Below are positions 54,573 to 64,000 of a stretch of 64,000 nucleotides of DNA, piece after piece. This stretch comes from an uncultured delta proteobacterium (lineage in GTDB: Bacteria > Desulfobacterota > Binatia > UBA9968): contig CAVUZH010000024.1 of the NCBI GenBank assembly GCA_963745835.1, positions 224,001-288,000 on the forward strand, written 5' to 3'. The notes below the pieces were generated by a model. The model made no database searches, had not been told where the DNA came from, and saw only the letters and a list, made by a program, of their open reading frames with translations. A program made the translations under genes and the position numbers. The stretch's first letter is position 1, and every line of letters starts with the position of its first letter.

Positions 54573-54654
54573 TGGAAAAAACCGGCTTCATAAAAAACCT
54601 GAGCGCGGATGGTCGTTAGATTAAGAATCATCAGGTGGAGAATCATCCCCAAGC
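54573..54654 (+). repeat. Direct repeat copy 2
   Basis: Near-identical to 52301-52367 with a few substitutions and a 15-nt insertion duplicating AGAATCATC. Confidence 0.9.
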
Positions 54655-54742
54655 CGGTGTCTAACTAAAATGTTCTGGGTTTCGTGTTTAGAGTTTGGAG
54701 TTATTGAAATCCAACCGGCGATCCGAAAATAGAAGCGCCAAC

Positions 54743-55195
54743 TTAAAACAGCCCCGGGATCCAGCGCTTAACACGATGGGTATAGGCAACGTAGGGCGCG
54801 CCCAGCTGGCGCGCTAAACTCGCTTCATCGGCAAGAACACGGAAATGGAACCAGATCGCAACCGCCAGCGTGATCACCGCGGCAAACCAGGATTTGAGGG
54901 TCAGGGACAGCCCGGTTAGAAAAATGACATGGCCGAGATACATGGGGTTGCGGGTGTAAGCATACAGGCCCGTAGAAACCAATCTCTCCGCGGGGACTTC
55001 CGGGCCAGGACCACCGCCGCCGCGCGTGCTGCGATACTTACCGCATAAGCGATACTGTAAGTAGCCCCAGATCATCAGCGGCAAGCCCCAGAGGTTTACT
55101 TCAATACGTCCCCCTTGGGTGAGCAATTCCCAAAGAAGAACGACCAGAGGATAGATGAGAAAGGTCCTGACCGGAGTCCGGCTTAGAAAGCGCAT
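54743..55195 (-). CDS. Isoprenylcysteine carboxyl methyltransferase/PEMT family membrane protein
   Basis: LVSTGLYAYTRNPMYLG, DEASL, YVAYTHRVKRWIP. Confidence 0.88.
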   Translation of the reverse strand: MRFLSRTPVRTFLIYPLVVLLWELLTQGGRIEVNLWGLPLMIWGYLQYRLCGKYRSTRGGGGPGPEVPAERLVSTGLYAYTRNPMYLGHVIFLTGLSLTLKSWFAAVITLAVAIWFHFRVLADEASLARQLGAPYVAYTHRVKRWIPGLF

Positions 55196-55223
55196 GGAAA
55201 AGCAAATACCTTTCAGTTCGTCA

Positions 55224-55379
55224 TCACTTCCCCTCAATGATTTCGAATCCCACGCTGCGTAACAACGTGACTGTCTCTTCTTCGGTCAGCGTGCGCCCAA
55301 GTTTCTCGTGCTCCCTGATCAGATGCGGCATCATCTCGGGCTTGAGCGTCATCCAATCCGGCACCTTGGCAATTGTCAT
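55224..55379 (-). CDS. Small hypothetical protein (51 aa)
   Basis: GAGGGA RBS, MTIAKVPDWMTLKPEMMPHLIREHEKLG. Confidence 0.5.
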   Translation of the reverse strand: MTIAKVPDWMTLKPEMMPHLIREHEKLGRTLTEEETVTLLRSVGFEIIEGK

Positions 55380-55599
55380 TCCCTCTTCCATTTGCGCTCT
55401 CCGATTTCCGCCCAACCGATAGACTTTCCGCGAGTCGCGCGTTGGGCGTTTAAGTCAGCGCTAGATTGCTTCGGTTTGCCTCGCGCACGCCTCTCCCGGA
55501 CCTTTAAGCCCTTTCATGGTGTCCGTCAAATCCGGGGAAAGCGCATCGGGGCCGCCGACGTCCAGGGAAATGTAGTTCAGCACGGGCTCGGGAGTCGTC

Positions 55600-56096
55600 C
55601 GCGCGGGCCACCGCCCGCTGCGTTCGGGCGACTTCAAGGCGCTCTTCCGGGTCGCCGCAGATCCCCTCGTATGGGAGCAGCATCCAGAACGAAATCGCTA
55701 TCAGGAAGAAACCTTCCGAGCTTTCTTCGGGGAGGCCCTCACGTCCGGTGGCGCGCTGGTGACGCTGGATCGGGCCAACGGCGACATCATAGGATCCTCA
55801 CGCTTTCACGGTTACGATGCGGAGCGCAGCGTCATTGAGATCGGTGGTCCTTCCTTGCCCGCGCCTACTGGGGCGGGCGCTACAATGGCGAGATGAAGCG
55901 GCTCATGGTGGAGCATGCGTTCAGGTGGGTGCAGCGCGTAATTTTCATCATCGGTCCTGAGAATCGCCGTTCCCAGCGGGCCGTGGAAAAGATTGGTGGC
56001 ATGCGCGCCGGAACGACCGTCGATACGTACGGGCGCGAACGAGTGGTATATGAGCTCACGCCGGAGCTTTTTGCGCGCCGACACATCTCATCGTAG
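55600..56096 (+). pseudogene. GNAT (RimJ/RimL-type) acetyltransferase, 5' degenerate and frameshifted
   Basis: ADPLVWEQHP, IIGSSRF, EIG, FLARAYWGGRYNGEMKRLM, ENRRSQRAVEKIG. Confidence 0.75.
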
Positions 56097-56355
56097 GTGG
56101 GTTTGGTGGATGATGCGCCGCTCACCGCGGGCGTTAGGATTCATCTGCTACATCCGCGAATGTGGTCACATTTGAAATCTGCTTATTTCTTCCAGCCGGT
56201 ATCGATCGGAGGCACTCCACATCGAACTGATTTCTTGAACCAACGACCACGGAAGACTGAGTGCTGCGCGGCCGGCTAGCACAACGAACTTGACAGTCCG
56301 CTGGTTTACCGTTAGCGACTGTGCTTGGTCTATAAAAAACGAGGAGCAGCAACCC

Positions 56356-57506
56356 ATGGCACGCAATGGCTATAAAATCTTCGATGCGGACACACATGTC
56401 AGGCCCGATGCTGAGCTGTTGGAGCCGTATATGGCAAGTGCCGCCCGCGCGAATCTGGCCCAATACGAAAAGTACCGGACCAAGAATAAAGACGGCGCGG
56501 TCACCTATTTGATGGGCGAGCGCTCGTATAAGCGCCGTTTGGGCTTGAGCGGCGACCGCAGCCCCGAAAAAAGACGAATACATGAGCGGCTACAAGCGCC
56601 ATCAGCACGGCAAACCCGATCCGCTTTGTGAGCGCGATCCCGCCGTTCGCGTAAAAGACATGGATGTCGAGGGGATCGACGTCAATCTCATGCTGCCTTC
56701 GGGTTGGTTCGGTTGCTGGACCACCATCGATGACGTCGCGCTCGAGAGCGCGGTTTATGAAGCCTATCACCGCTGGATGGCCGACTATTGCGCCGTTTTT
56801 CCCGGACCGCTTGAAGGGCGTGATCCTGGTGTCCGCCCGCGATATCAAAACTTCGCTGGCGGAATTGCACCGCGCAGCCAAGGAGAGCTGGCCACTTGCG
56901 CTCTTTGTCTATGCGCCCTATCAGTTCCCGCTCGATCACCCCGACCTCGAACCGATTTGGAAGGCCGCGGCGGAATACGATTTAGCCATCGCTCTCCACA
57001 CGTTTACGGTCATGCCACCCTATGCGCCGGGTGGTCTCGATTCCTGGGATAATCTCTGGCTGCAGCGTTCGTCCGCTCACCCCTGGTGTGGCCAGCGCAA
57101 TATGGCCGCCATTATCGGCGCGGGGATTATGGACCGCTATCCGAGTATTCGCGTGGGCACCTTGGAAGCGGGACATGGCTGGCTGCCGGTGTGGGTCAAG
57201 CGGCTCGAAGAGCACACCAAGCTCTGTGCCGAAGCGTTGCCGCCGCTCAAAGAAACTATTCGCAGCTATGTTACCGGCGGTCGTTATTTCCAGAGCATCG
57301 AGGTTTCCGAAGGCGCAGAGATCACTCAAAGCGTGATCGACCTTTTAGGACCGGATATTCTTATGTTCGGTTCCGACTACCCGCACGGCGAGAGCTGGTT
57401 TCCCGTTTCTGTCGAAACCGTCATCGGCTGGAACTTGAAACCCGAATATCTGCGCAAACTGTTCTGGGACAATGCCGTGAAATATTACCGGCGGTATTCC
57501 GCATGA
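56356..57506 (+). CDS. Amidohydrolase family protein, two frameshifts
   Basis: IFDADTHV, DMDVEGID, LEAGHGW, FGSDYPHGE. Confidence 0.85.
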
Positions 57507-58421
57507 CGCCGGCCAAGAAGTTACGGCAACTGCTCGGCCGCAAAGACAAGGTTTTGGCGGTGCTGGGCGCGCCCAACGCCTTTCACGCAAAAATCATGGA
57601 GGCCAACGGCGTTGAAGCGTGCTTCGTCGGCACGAGCATTACCGGCGGCAACTATACCGGCCAACCCGATCTGGGCATTCTGTCGATGACTGAGTGTGTG
57701 GAGTTTGCCAAATGGATCGCGCGCGCGGTGAAGATACCGGTAATTCTGGATGGCGATACCGGCCACGGCGGAATCATGGCGGTGCGCCGCCTGGTGCGCG
57801 AGTGCATCGAGGCCGGACTGGCCGGCTTGCGGCTCGACGATCAGCCGCTGGACCAGAAACGGCGCACCGGATCGGCGGGCATTTCCATTGTCAGCCGTGA
57901 AGACGCGATCACGCGCTATCGTGTTGCAGTCGACGCCAAAAATGAGATCGACCGCGATTTCGTGATCATGGCGCAGTGTTATGCCCGCAATGCGGTGAAC
58001 GGCGGCATGGGTGAGTTGTTGCGTCGGCTGCGCCTTTACGAAACCCAAGGCGCGCGTCGATTGGGTGCAGTTCGAATCGCCTCACTCGGTGGCGGAGATC
58101 AAGCGCGCCCGCAGAGTCGTAAAAGGGCCGTTCTCGGCAATGAAGGGCCAGCTGCCGCGGGCGCTGACCCTCGAAGAGCATGAAGCGCTCGGGCTCAATG
58201 CCGCATGGTACACGTTTCTACCGGACTTGGTTCTAAAAACCGCGGCCTGGTCTTTTTTTCAGGAGTTCAAAGACAAAGACATGCGTGCGTGGGATGAATT
58301 CGCGGCGGCGCACAATGGCACGCCGTTTACCGGCGGCGGAAAATTGCCCTGGGACGCAACCGGCATGACGGAGTTGAGCAAGTTAGAAGCGAGTTATGCA
58401 AGGAAAACGAAACGGAGATAG
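57503..58421 (+). CDS. Isocitrate lyase/PEP mutase family enzyme, frameshift near 58050
   Basis: LRQLL, PDLGIL, LDGDTGHGG, GLRLDDQ; ATGA-coupled to the amidohydrolase. Confidence 0.82.
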
Positions 58422-58429
58422 ATACGAGC

Positions 58430-59462
58430 ATGTTAAAGGCATTCCTGATTGTCTTGCTGCTGTTAGTGAACCGCTCCGGCGTCGACGCCCAGAGCGATTT
58501 CTTCAAAGGCAAGCAGATGAAAATAGTCGTCGGCGCTTCCGCCGGTGCAGCAAGCGATCTGTATGCTCGCGTGGTGGCGAATCACCTGCCGAAACAAATC
58601 CCGGGTAAACCGGAAATTATCGTGCAGAACATGCCGGGTGGTGGATCGCTGACAGCCGCGAATTATGTTTATAGCGTCGCCAAGCCCGACGGTCTTACAT
58701 TGGGGGCGGTGACGGCGCCGATTTATTTTGCGCAGCTCCTCGGCAGAAAAGAAGTTCAGTTCGATTGGGCCAAGTTCACCTGGATCGGCACGCCCGAAGA
58801 AAACGACGAGCTGTTTTTTATTCGCTCGGATCAGCCTTACAGAACGCTGCTCGATTTGCGCAAGGGCGGCGAGCCGCCGCGCTGCGGCGCTTCGGGAGTC
58901 GGCAGCACGGGATTTTACATACCCAAGTTGATCGAGGAAATCTTCGGCGCCAGGATCAATGTGGTGACCGGTTATCCGGGAGCCGCCGACGTGGATTTAG
59001 CGGTGGAGAAAAACGAGGTCCATTGCCGCGGCACAACCATCAGCGCATTCTTCGGCCGCGAGCCGGGAAGAACCTGGGCCAAAAATGGCTTCGTAAGATT
59101 CCTGGTGCAAACCGGCGATAAGCGCAATCATCGCTTGCCCGACACGCCGACCATCTGGGAACTGATGGAGCAAGAAAAAGCGATTGAGGCGAAGAAACGG
59201 CTGGCGCGAGTGGTCCTTGGGCCGGGTGCTTTTGGCCGGCCGATTCTGGCAACTCCTGGCATCCCTGCGGATCGTGTGAAGCTGCTGCGCGATGCTTATC
59301 TTAACATGCTGCAAGGATCCTGAATTTGCCGCCGAGGCAAAGAAGCGCCAATGGGAGATTGCACCCGTCAGCGGCGAACGGCTGGAGGCCTTGGCGAAAG
59401 AGGTCATCAATCAGCCGCCGGACATCATCGAAAGGATGAAGAAGGTGATGGGCGAATCCTAA
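58430..59462 (+). CDS. Bug/TctC-like substrate-binding protein, frameshift near 59315
   Basis: FFKGKQMKIVVG, VQNMPGGG, KPDGLT; paralog of 129-1223. Confidence 0.85.
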
Positions 59463-59573
59463 AAAGCTATTGGAGAGAAAAAATCTCGCACATACCGCGG
59501 TCGCGAATGCTCTCAAGGATGATTTACGAGCCTGCGGCCAGGGATGCAGAGCAAATTATAAAGGGGACATTTT

Positions 59574-60446
59574 ATGGACCTAGCAAAATATATCGTCAAA
59601 GCGCGGCCCGGCGTGCTCGGCGGCAAGCATGAAGAGAAGCGGCCGTTGCGTCAATTGAGCGCGTTGCCGGTAAAGCGTTACGTGTTCATCAACCGCGATT
59701 CGCATCCCGACGCCGATATTTACGTTGCCATCCACGAAGCTAAAAATTTGCCGTCGCCGGTCCCCGACTATCAGGTGCCGCACTGCCACAATACCGACGA
59801 GTTCTACTATTTTATCGGCAACAACGCGGATCTGACAGGGCTCGAAGGGCAGATTATTTTCGAAGGAAAAGTGCACAAGATCGTTTCACCGGCGTGCGTC
59901 TACATTCCCACGGGGGCGGTGCACGAGTACAAAGTGACGCGCGGCGCCGGCACCGTGACGGTGTTATTTCGGAACCGCGGTTACACTCACGAGGACAAGC
60001 CGTTCGATCTCGCTCGCGGCGAACGGGACTTCGCGCGCTATGCCGGTTACATTTTTCCGCCCGAGGTGCGACCGACGACCGAGATCAAGTACCACACCGA
60101 TGCGGCGCCTGGGACACGTTATGTTTTCGTCGACGGCAAGCTCAAGCCAGAGGCCGGTTTCTACACCGTGGTGCGCAGCGTCGCCGGGGTGCAACCGACC
60201 CAAGCGAATTACGTCGATATGCACCGGCACAACTGCGACACCCAGCATATCGCGATCGGCACCGGAGCGGAATTGGGCGGCCTCAAAATCGAGTTCCAGA
60301 TCCGCGATGACAAACTTGTCGTCGAGAGTCCGGTCGGCGTGAACATCCCGGCCGGCACGCCTCACTCGCAGCGCATCATCGAGGGCACAGGCCATTTCTT
60401 CAATTTTGTGCCGAAGAGTTTTTACAACGACGGCTTAATGAGCTGA
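59574..60446 (+). CDS. Tandem (bi-)cupin protein of unknown function
   Basis: PHCHNTDE...IPTGAVH and MHRHNCDT...IPAGTPH. Confidence 0.75.
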   Translation: MDLAKYIVKARPGVLGGKHEEKRPLRQLSALPVKRYVFINRDSHPDADIYVAIHEAKNLPSPVPDYQVPHCHNTDEFYYFIGNNADLTGLEGQIIFEGKVHKIVSPACVYIPTGAVHEYKVTRGAGTVTVLFRNRGYTHEDKPFDLARGERDFARYAGYIFPPEVRPTTEIKYHTDAAPGTRYVFVDGKLKPEAGFYTVVRSVAGVQPTQANYVDMHRHNCDTQHIAIGTGAELGGLKIEFQIRDDKLVVESPVGVNIPAGTPHSQRIIEGTGHFFNFVPKSFYNDGLMS

Positions 60447-60565
60447 CGCCGCGGTGCGATCCGGCGAGAAAACCGCAGTGAAGTTATTATTGTCAGACAT
60501 TTATTTATCGCATCTCTAAGCGCAAAGCCGTCCAGCGTAATATATCGGCTATGGAGGTAATGCCC

Positions 60566-62041
60566 ATGTCACGGAACGGTTCCAGGTCGGCGGCAGTTCG
60601 TGCCAAACTGAATCACCCAATCATCGACACGGATGGTCACACGGTCGAATTCACGCCGGTGTTTTTCGACTACATCAAGGAAGTAGGCGGCGCGGGCATG
60701 GTCGACCGCTATAAGAAAGCCGTCGGCAACCGCGGTAACAACCGGTGGATGGAATTATCCGACGACGAACGGCGCTACATCCGCGCGACCTGCCCGCCCT
60801 GGTGGGCGCGGCCGGCGAAGAACACGTTGGATCGCGCGACCGCGTCGTTACCGCACTTATTGTATCAACGCATGGATGATCTTGGTCTGGATTTCGCCGT
60901 GCTCTATCCCACCTTCGGATTGACTGAACCACCGCGCATCGACGACGAAGAAGTGCGCCGCGTCGCCTGCCGTGCGCTCAACACGTTTCACATGGAAATT
61001 TATGGTCCCTATGCGGACCGCATCACGCCGGTTGCTGTCATACCCGTTCACACACCGCGGGAAGCGATAGAAGAATTAGAATACGCGGTGCAAAAGCAAG
61101 GCTTCAAAGCAGCGGTGATTTCCCACGTGCAGCGGCCTGTGCCCAAAGTACTGAAGGAACATCCCGACGTAGCCAGTCAAGCGAGTTATATCGATTTGCT
61201 GGCGTTGGATAGTGAATACGATTATGACCCGTTCTGGACCAAGTGCGTCGAGCTGAAGGTCGCCGTGACAACGCATGCCACCGGTCAAGGTTGGGGCAGC
61301 CGGCGTTCGGTCTCCAATTACATGTTCAATCACATCGGCCACTTCGGCGCCGCCGGCGAGGCCTTCTGCAAAGCATTATTCTTCGGCGGCGTCACCCGCC
61401 GGTTCCCAAATCTGAATTTCGCTTTCCTGGAGGGCGGCGTGCATTGGGCCTGCGGCGTTTTCTCCGACATCGTCGGGCATTGGAAGAAGCGCAACGCCAA
61501 AGCAATCCACAATCTCGACCCACAGAGCTTGGATGGCGAATTGATGCGTAAACTCATCGACGAGCACGGCAATGACAGAGTGAAAGGAAAAGCCGATGAA
61601 ATCGTAAAGTGGATCACCCAGCCGCAGCGCCGTCCGAAAAATCTCGATGACTGGGCCGCCTGCCGCGCCGAAAAGCTGGAAGACTTGCGCGACCTTTTCA
61701 TTCCGAATTTCTATTACGGCTGCGAGGCTGACGACCCCATGGTCGCGTGGGCCTTTAATTCAAAAGTGAATCCCATGGGCATAAAGTTCAAAGCGATGAT
61801 GAGCTCGGACATCGGACATTGGGATGTGACCGACATGAACGAAGTGGTGGAGGAGGCTCATGAACTGGTCGAGAACCATCTGATCACCGAAGAAGATTTT
61901 CGCGAGTATACTTTTGCCAACGCCGCGATGCTCTACGCCGGCATGAATCCCGACTTCTTCAAAGGCACGGTTTGCGAGGCAGCGGTGGCGAAACTGCTGC
62001 AGAGCCCTTCGCAAACTGCGGCGCAGGTGGTTTCGGCATGA
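60566..62041 (+). CDS. Amidohydrolase family protein (long form)
   Basis: IIDTDGH, VLYPT, FLEGGVHW, SSDIGHWD. Confidence 0.88.
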   Translation: MSRNGSRSAAVRAKLNHPIIDTDGHTVEFTPVFFDYIKEVGGAGMVDRYKKAVGNRGNNRWMELSDDERRYIRATCPPWWARPAKNTLDRATASLPHLLYQRMDDLGLDFAVLYPTFGLTEPPRIDDEEVRRVACRALNTFHMEIYGPYADRITPVAVIPVHTPREAIEELEYAVQKQGFKAAVISHVQRPVPKVLKEHPDVASQASYIDLLALDSEYDYDPFWTKCVELKVAVTTHATGQGWGSRRSVSNYMFNHIGHFGAAGEAFCKALFFGGVTRRFPNLNFAFLEGGVHWACGVFSDIVGHWKKRNAKAIHNLDPQSLDGELMRKLIDEHGNDRVKGKADEIVKWITQPQRRPKNLDDWAACRAEKLEDLRDLFIPNFYYGCEADDPMVAWAFNSKVNPMGIKFKAMMSSDIGHWDVTDMNEVVEEAHELVENHLITEEDFREYTFANAAMLYAGMNPDFFKGTVCEAAVAKLLQSPSQTAAQVVSA

Positions 62042-63108
62042 CACGGATACAATTCACCACGATCCTATTTCTCTTCTTCGGCTTCATGGCGCCGTTCGCC
62101 GATGCGCAAAAAACGCCGGAAGAGTTCCTCGAAGATATCAATCGTCTGCCCAGTGCCGAGCGGCAGCGACGCCTGGAAGACGGCGCCAAGAAAGAACGGG
62201 AGGTCGTCTGGTACTCGACCATGAACCGTGAAGATTCGTTGGAGATCATACGGGCGTTCGAGAGCGACTATCCATATCTGAAAATTAACTTCATCACCGC
62301 CGGCGGACCGAAGACGCTCAATCGTATTACCGCGGAATATCGCGCCGGCTCGTACCTTTACGACGCAACCGGTTACCGCGCGACATTTCTCACGCCGACG
62401 CGCAAGGCCGGCGTGGTCATGCGCTACCGCACGCCGCTAAGAGAATTTCTCCGCCCCGGGTTTGTCGATCAGGAGGGCTACTTCAACGCGACGTTTACCC
62501 GCGCTTTCATGTTCATCGTCAACAAAAATCTCGTGGCCGCCAAGGATTATCCGAATTCGTTTGCCAATCTGCTCGAACCCAAGTGGAAGGGCAAACTGGT
62601 GATGGACAACGAATCCTACGACCTGCTCGCCGCCATGCTGGATTATTACGGGGAGAGCGAGGGCAAGCGCATGGCTGAAAACCTGGGAAAACAGGAGCCG
62701 AGTTTTCGCCGCGGAACTACATTAGTTGGTCAGCTCGTCGCCGCCGGCGAGTTCCCGGTCATGGTCGATGGCTCCAATCACCTCGCCTACGATTTGAAGA
62801 AAAAAGGCGCACCAATTGAATATCTGTTTCCAGAGCCATTCGTGCCGGTGATGATTCCGCAGGCGTTCTGGGTGGCCGCCCGGCCGCCCCACCCGCACGC
62901 AGCGGCACTATTCGTCGATTTCATGCTGTCGAAGAAAGCCCAGGAGATCATGGCCAATCAGGGCCGCTGGGTGAGCCGCAAAGACGTCAAGTACCAAATC
63001 GATCCGGGCACAAGAAAGCTACAAGTAGTCTCGCAGGAAAAATGGGGCGAGCGCACCAACGAGTTGGTTCAGCTTTATAACCGACTCATCATGCGTGAAG
63101 CGCGCTGA
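62038..63108 (+). CDS. Fe3+-type extracellular solute-binding protein
   Basis: Signal peptide, GAKKEREVVWYSTM, PPHPHAAALFVDF; ATGA overlap. Confidence 0.87.
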   Translation: MTRIQFTTILFLFFGFMAPFADAQKTPEEFLEDINRLPSAERQRRLEDGAKKEREVVWYSTMNREDSLEIIRAFESDYPYLKINFITAGGPKTLNRITAEYRAGSYLYDATGYRATFLTPTRKAGVVMRYRTPLREFLRPGFVDQEGYFNATFTRAFMFIVNKNLVAAKDYPNSFANLLEPKWKGKLVMDNESYDLLAAMLDYYGESEGKRMAENLGKQEPSFRRGTTLVGQLVAAGEFPVMVDGSNHLAYDLKKKGAPIEYLFPEPFVPVMIPQAFWVAARPPHPHAAALFVDFMLSKKAQEIMANQGRWVSRKDVKYQIDPGTRKLQVVSQEKWGERTNELVQLYNRLIMREAR

Positions 63109-64000
63109 GGCATTGCTCGCGCGGTTGCCAAGTCGACGCCGTCTGGAATCGGCAGCGTCTCCGAGAACTTCAATACAGTTACCGCAAACTCTCGGCCGGG
63201 GATAATCGGTAAATCGTCGGGGCTATGCGATGCTGCCCTTGCGCGGAGTCAAATTCGCCCTGTTGAGCGAAGCCGCTTCGTTCTTGATAAAGTTGATAGC
63301 GTCCTGGAACGGGAATCGGAATCTCTTCGTACTGAAGCAGGTCCGCTTAAAGAAAGAACCCTGTGAATGATGGTGGCAGCTAAGAAAAGGACGCGAAGCT
63401 TGTTCTCATGTAATCAATCGAGGCGTCGCGGAGAAGGCTTGCCTCCCCTTGTCCCGGTCAATCAGCATCGGTACCACGATCAGATGGCACTTCCCTCGCC
63501 CGCTTTTCGTCTCTGCCCGCGCTCTGCGGTTTATCCCTATCGGTCCGAATGTCAGTCTTCTTCTTTAGGCCTTCCAACAGATGTGGCGAAAGGGGAATCC
63601 TGTAGTGACGGCACGCCACAACGATCAATGGCCACCAGTCGAATTTCACCGCCGACAGTTCCTTGAAGTGCGGCGAGTGATCGCACTCCCGATCCAGGGC
63701 ACCGGACGCGCGGCGCTGGCGCTCGATATTGAGGGAATGCCGGGCAAGCCGTGATGTGTGATTTTGCTCCATGGATAAGCTTCGGTTTCAACGATATGAC
63801 CCCGCCCGCGCAAGTGAATGTCATAAAATAAATCTTCGCCCGAGGAGGAATTCCAGCCGCGACCCGCGTCGAGGCCGGCCGGGGCCAGGTCTTGCAATAA
63901 CGCAATGGATGAAATTGTCGGACGGCTATCTCTCCGGTTTCGAATATGAATGCAGCGGTGACAGCTCGGCAGCGCTAATTCTCCCAAAGCGGTTTGACGG

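Noticed and set aside
63109-64000. Several short ORFs at the window end
   Set aside because: No recognisable domains or consistent frame; possibly decayed sequence

Overview
GC-rich bacterial chromosomal window with no rRNA, tRNA, CRISPR array or intact transposase. The paralog content (many orphan solute-binding proteins, Amidohydro_2 enzymes, crotonases) suggests Candidatus Binatia or a similar uncultured lineage; this is inference only. The left half is mostly core metabolism: a ZMP/ZTP (pfl) riboswitch with terminator ahead of class-V aminotransferase-serA-purA, ggt, an addB-addA-3'-5' exonuclease operon, Tat-exported msrB, an ATP-dependent DNA ligase, asnS and a MacAB-like exporter. The right half (34-63 kb) is a catabolic region with most of the window's ten solute-binding proteins (none has an importer permease in the window), three non-canonical crotonase paralogs around an ADP-forming acyl-CoA ligase, a TPP enzyme, three amidohydrolases, an atypical ICL/PEP-mutase enzyme and a bi-cupin. 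It also holds a ~2.2 kb MNT/HEPN islet flanked by a duplicated gene end. Intergenic DNA carries period-7/8/9 inverted micro-repeat arrays, nested REP/MITE-like elements, a candidate new attenuator leader and a coupled small-ORF pair. Many single-base frameshifts after 30 kb are probably assembly indels. All calls come from reading motifs by eye; no database searches were run.
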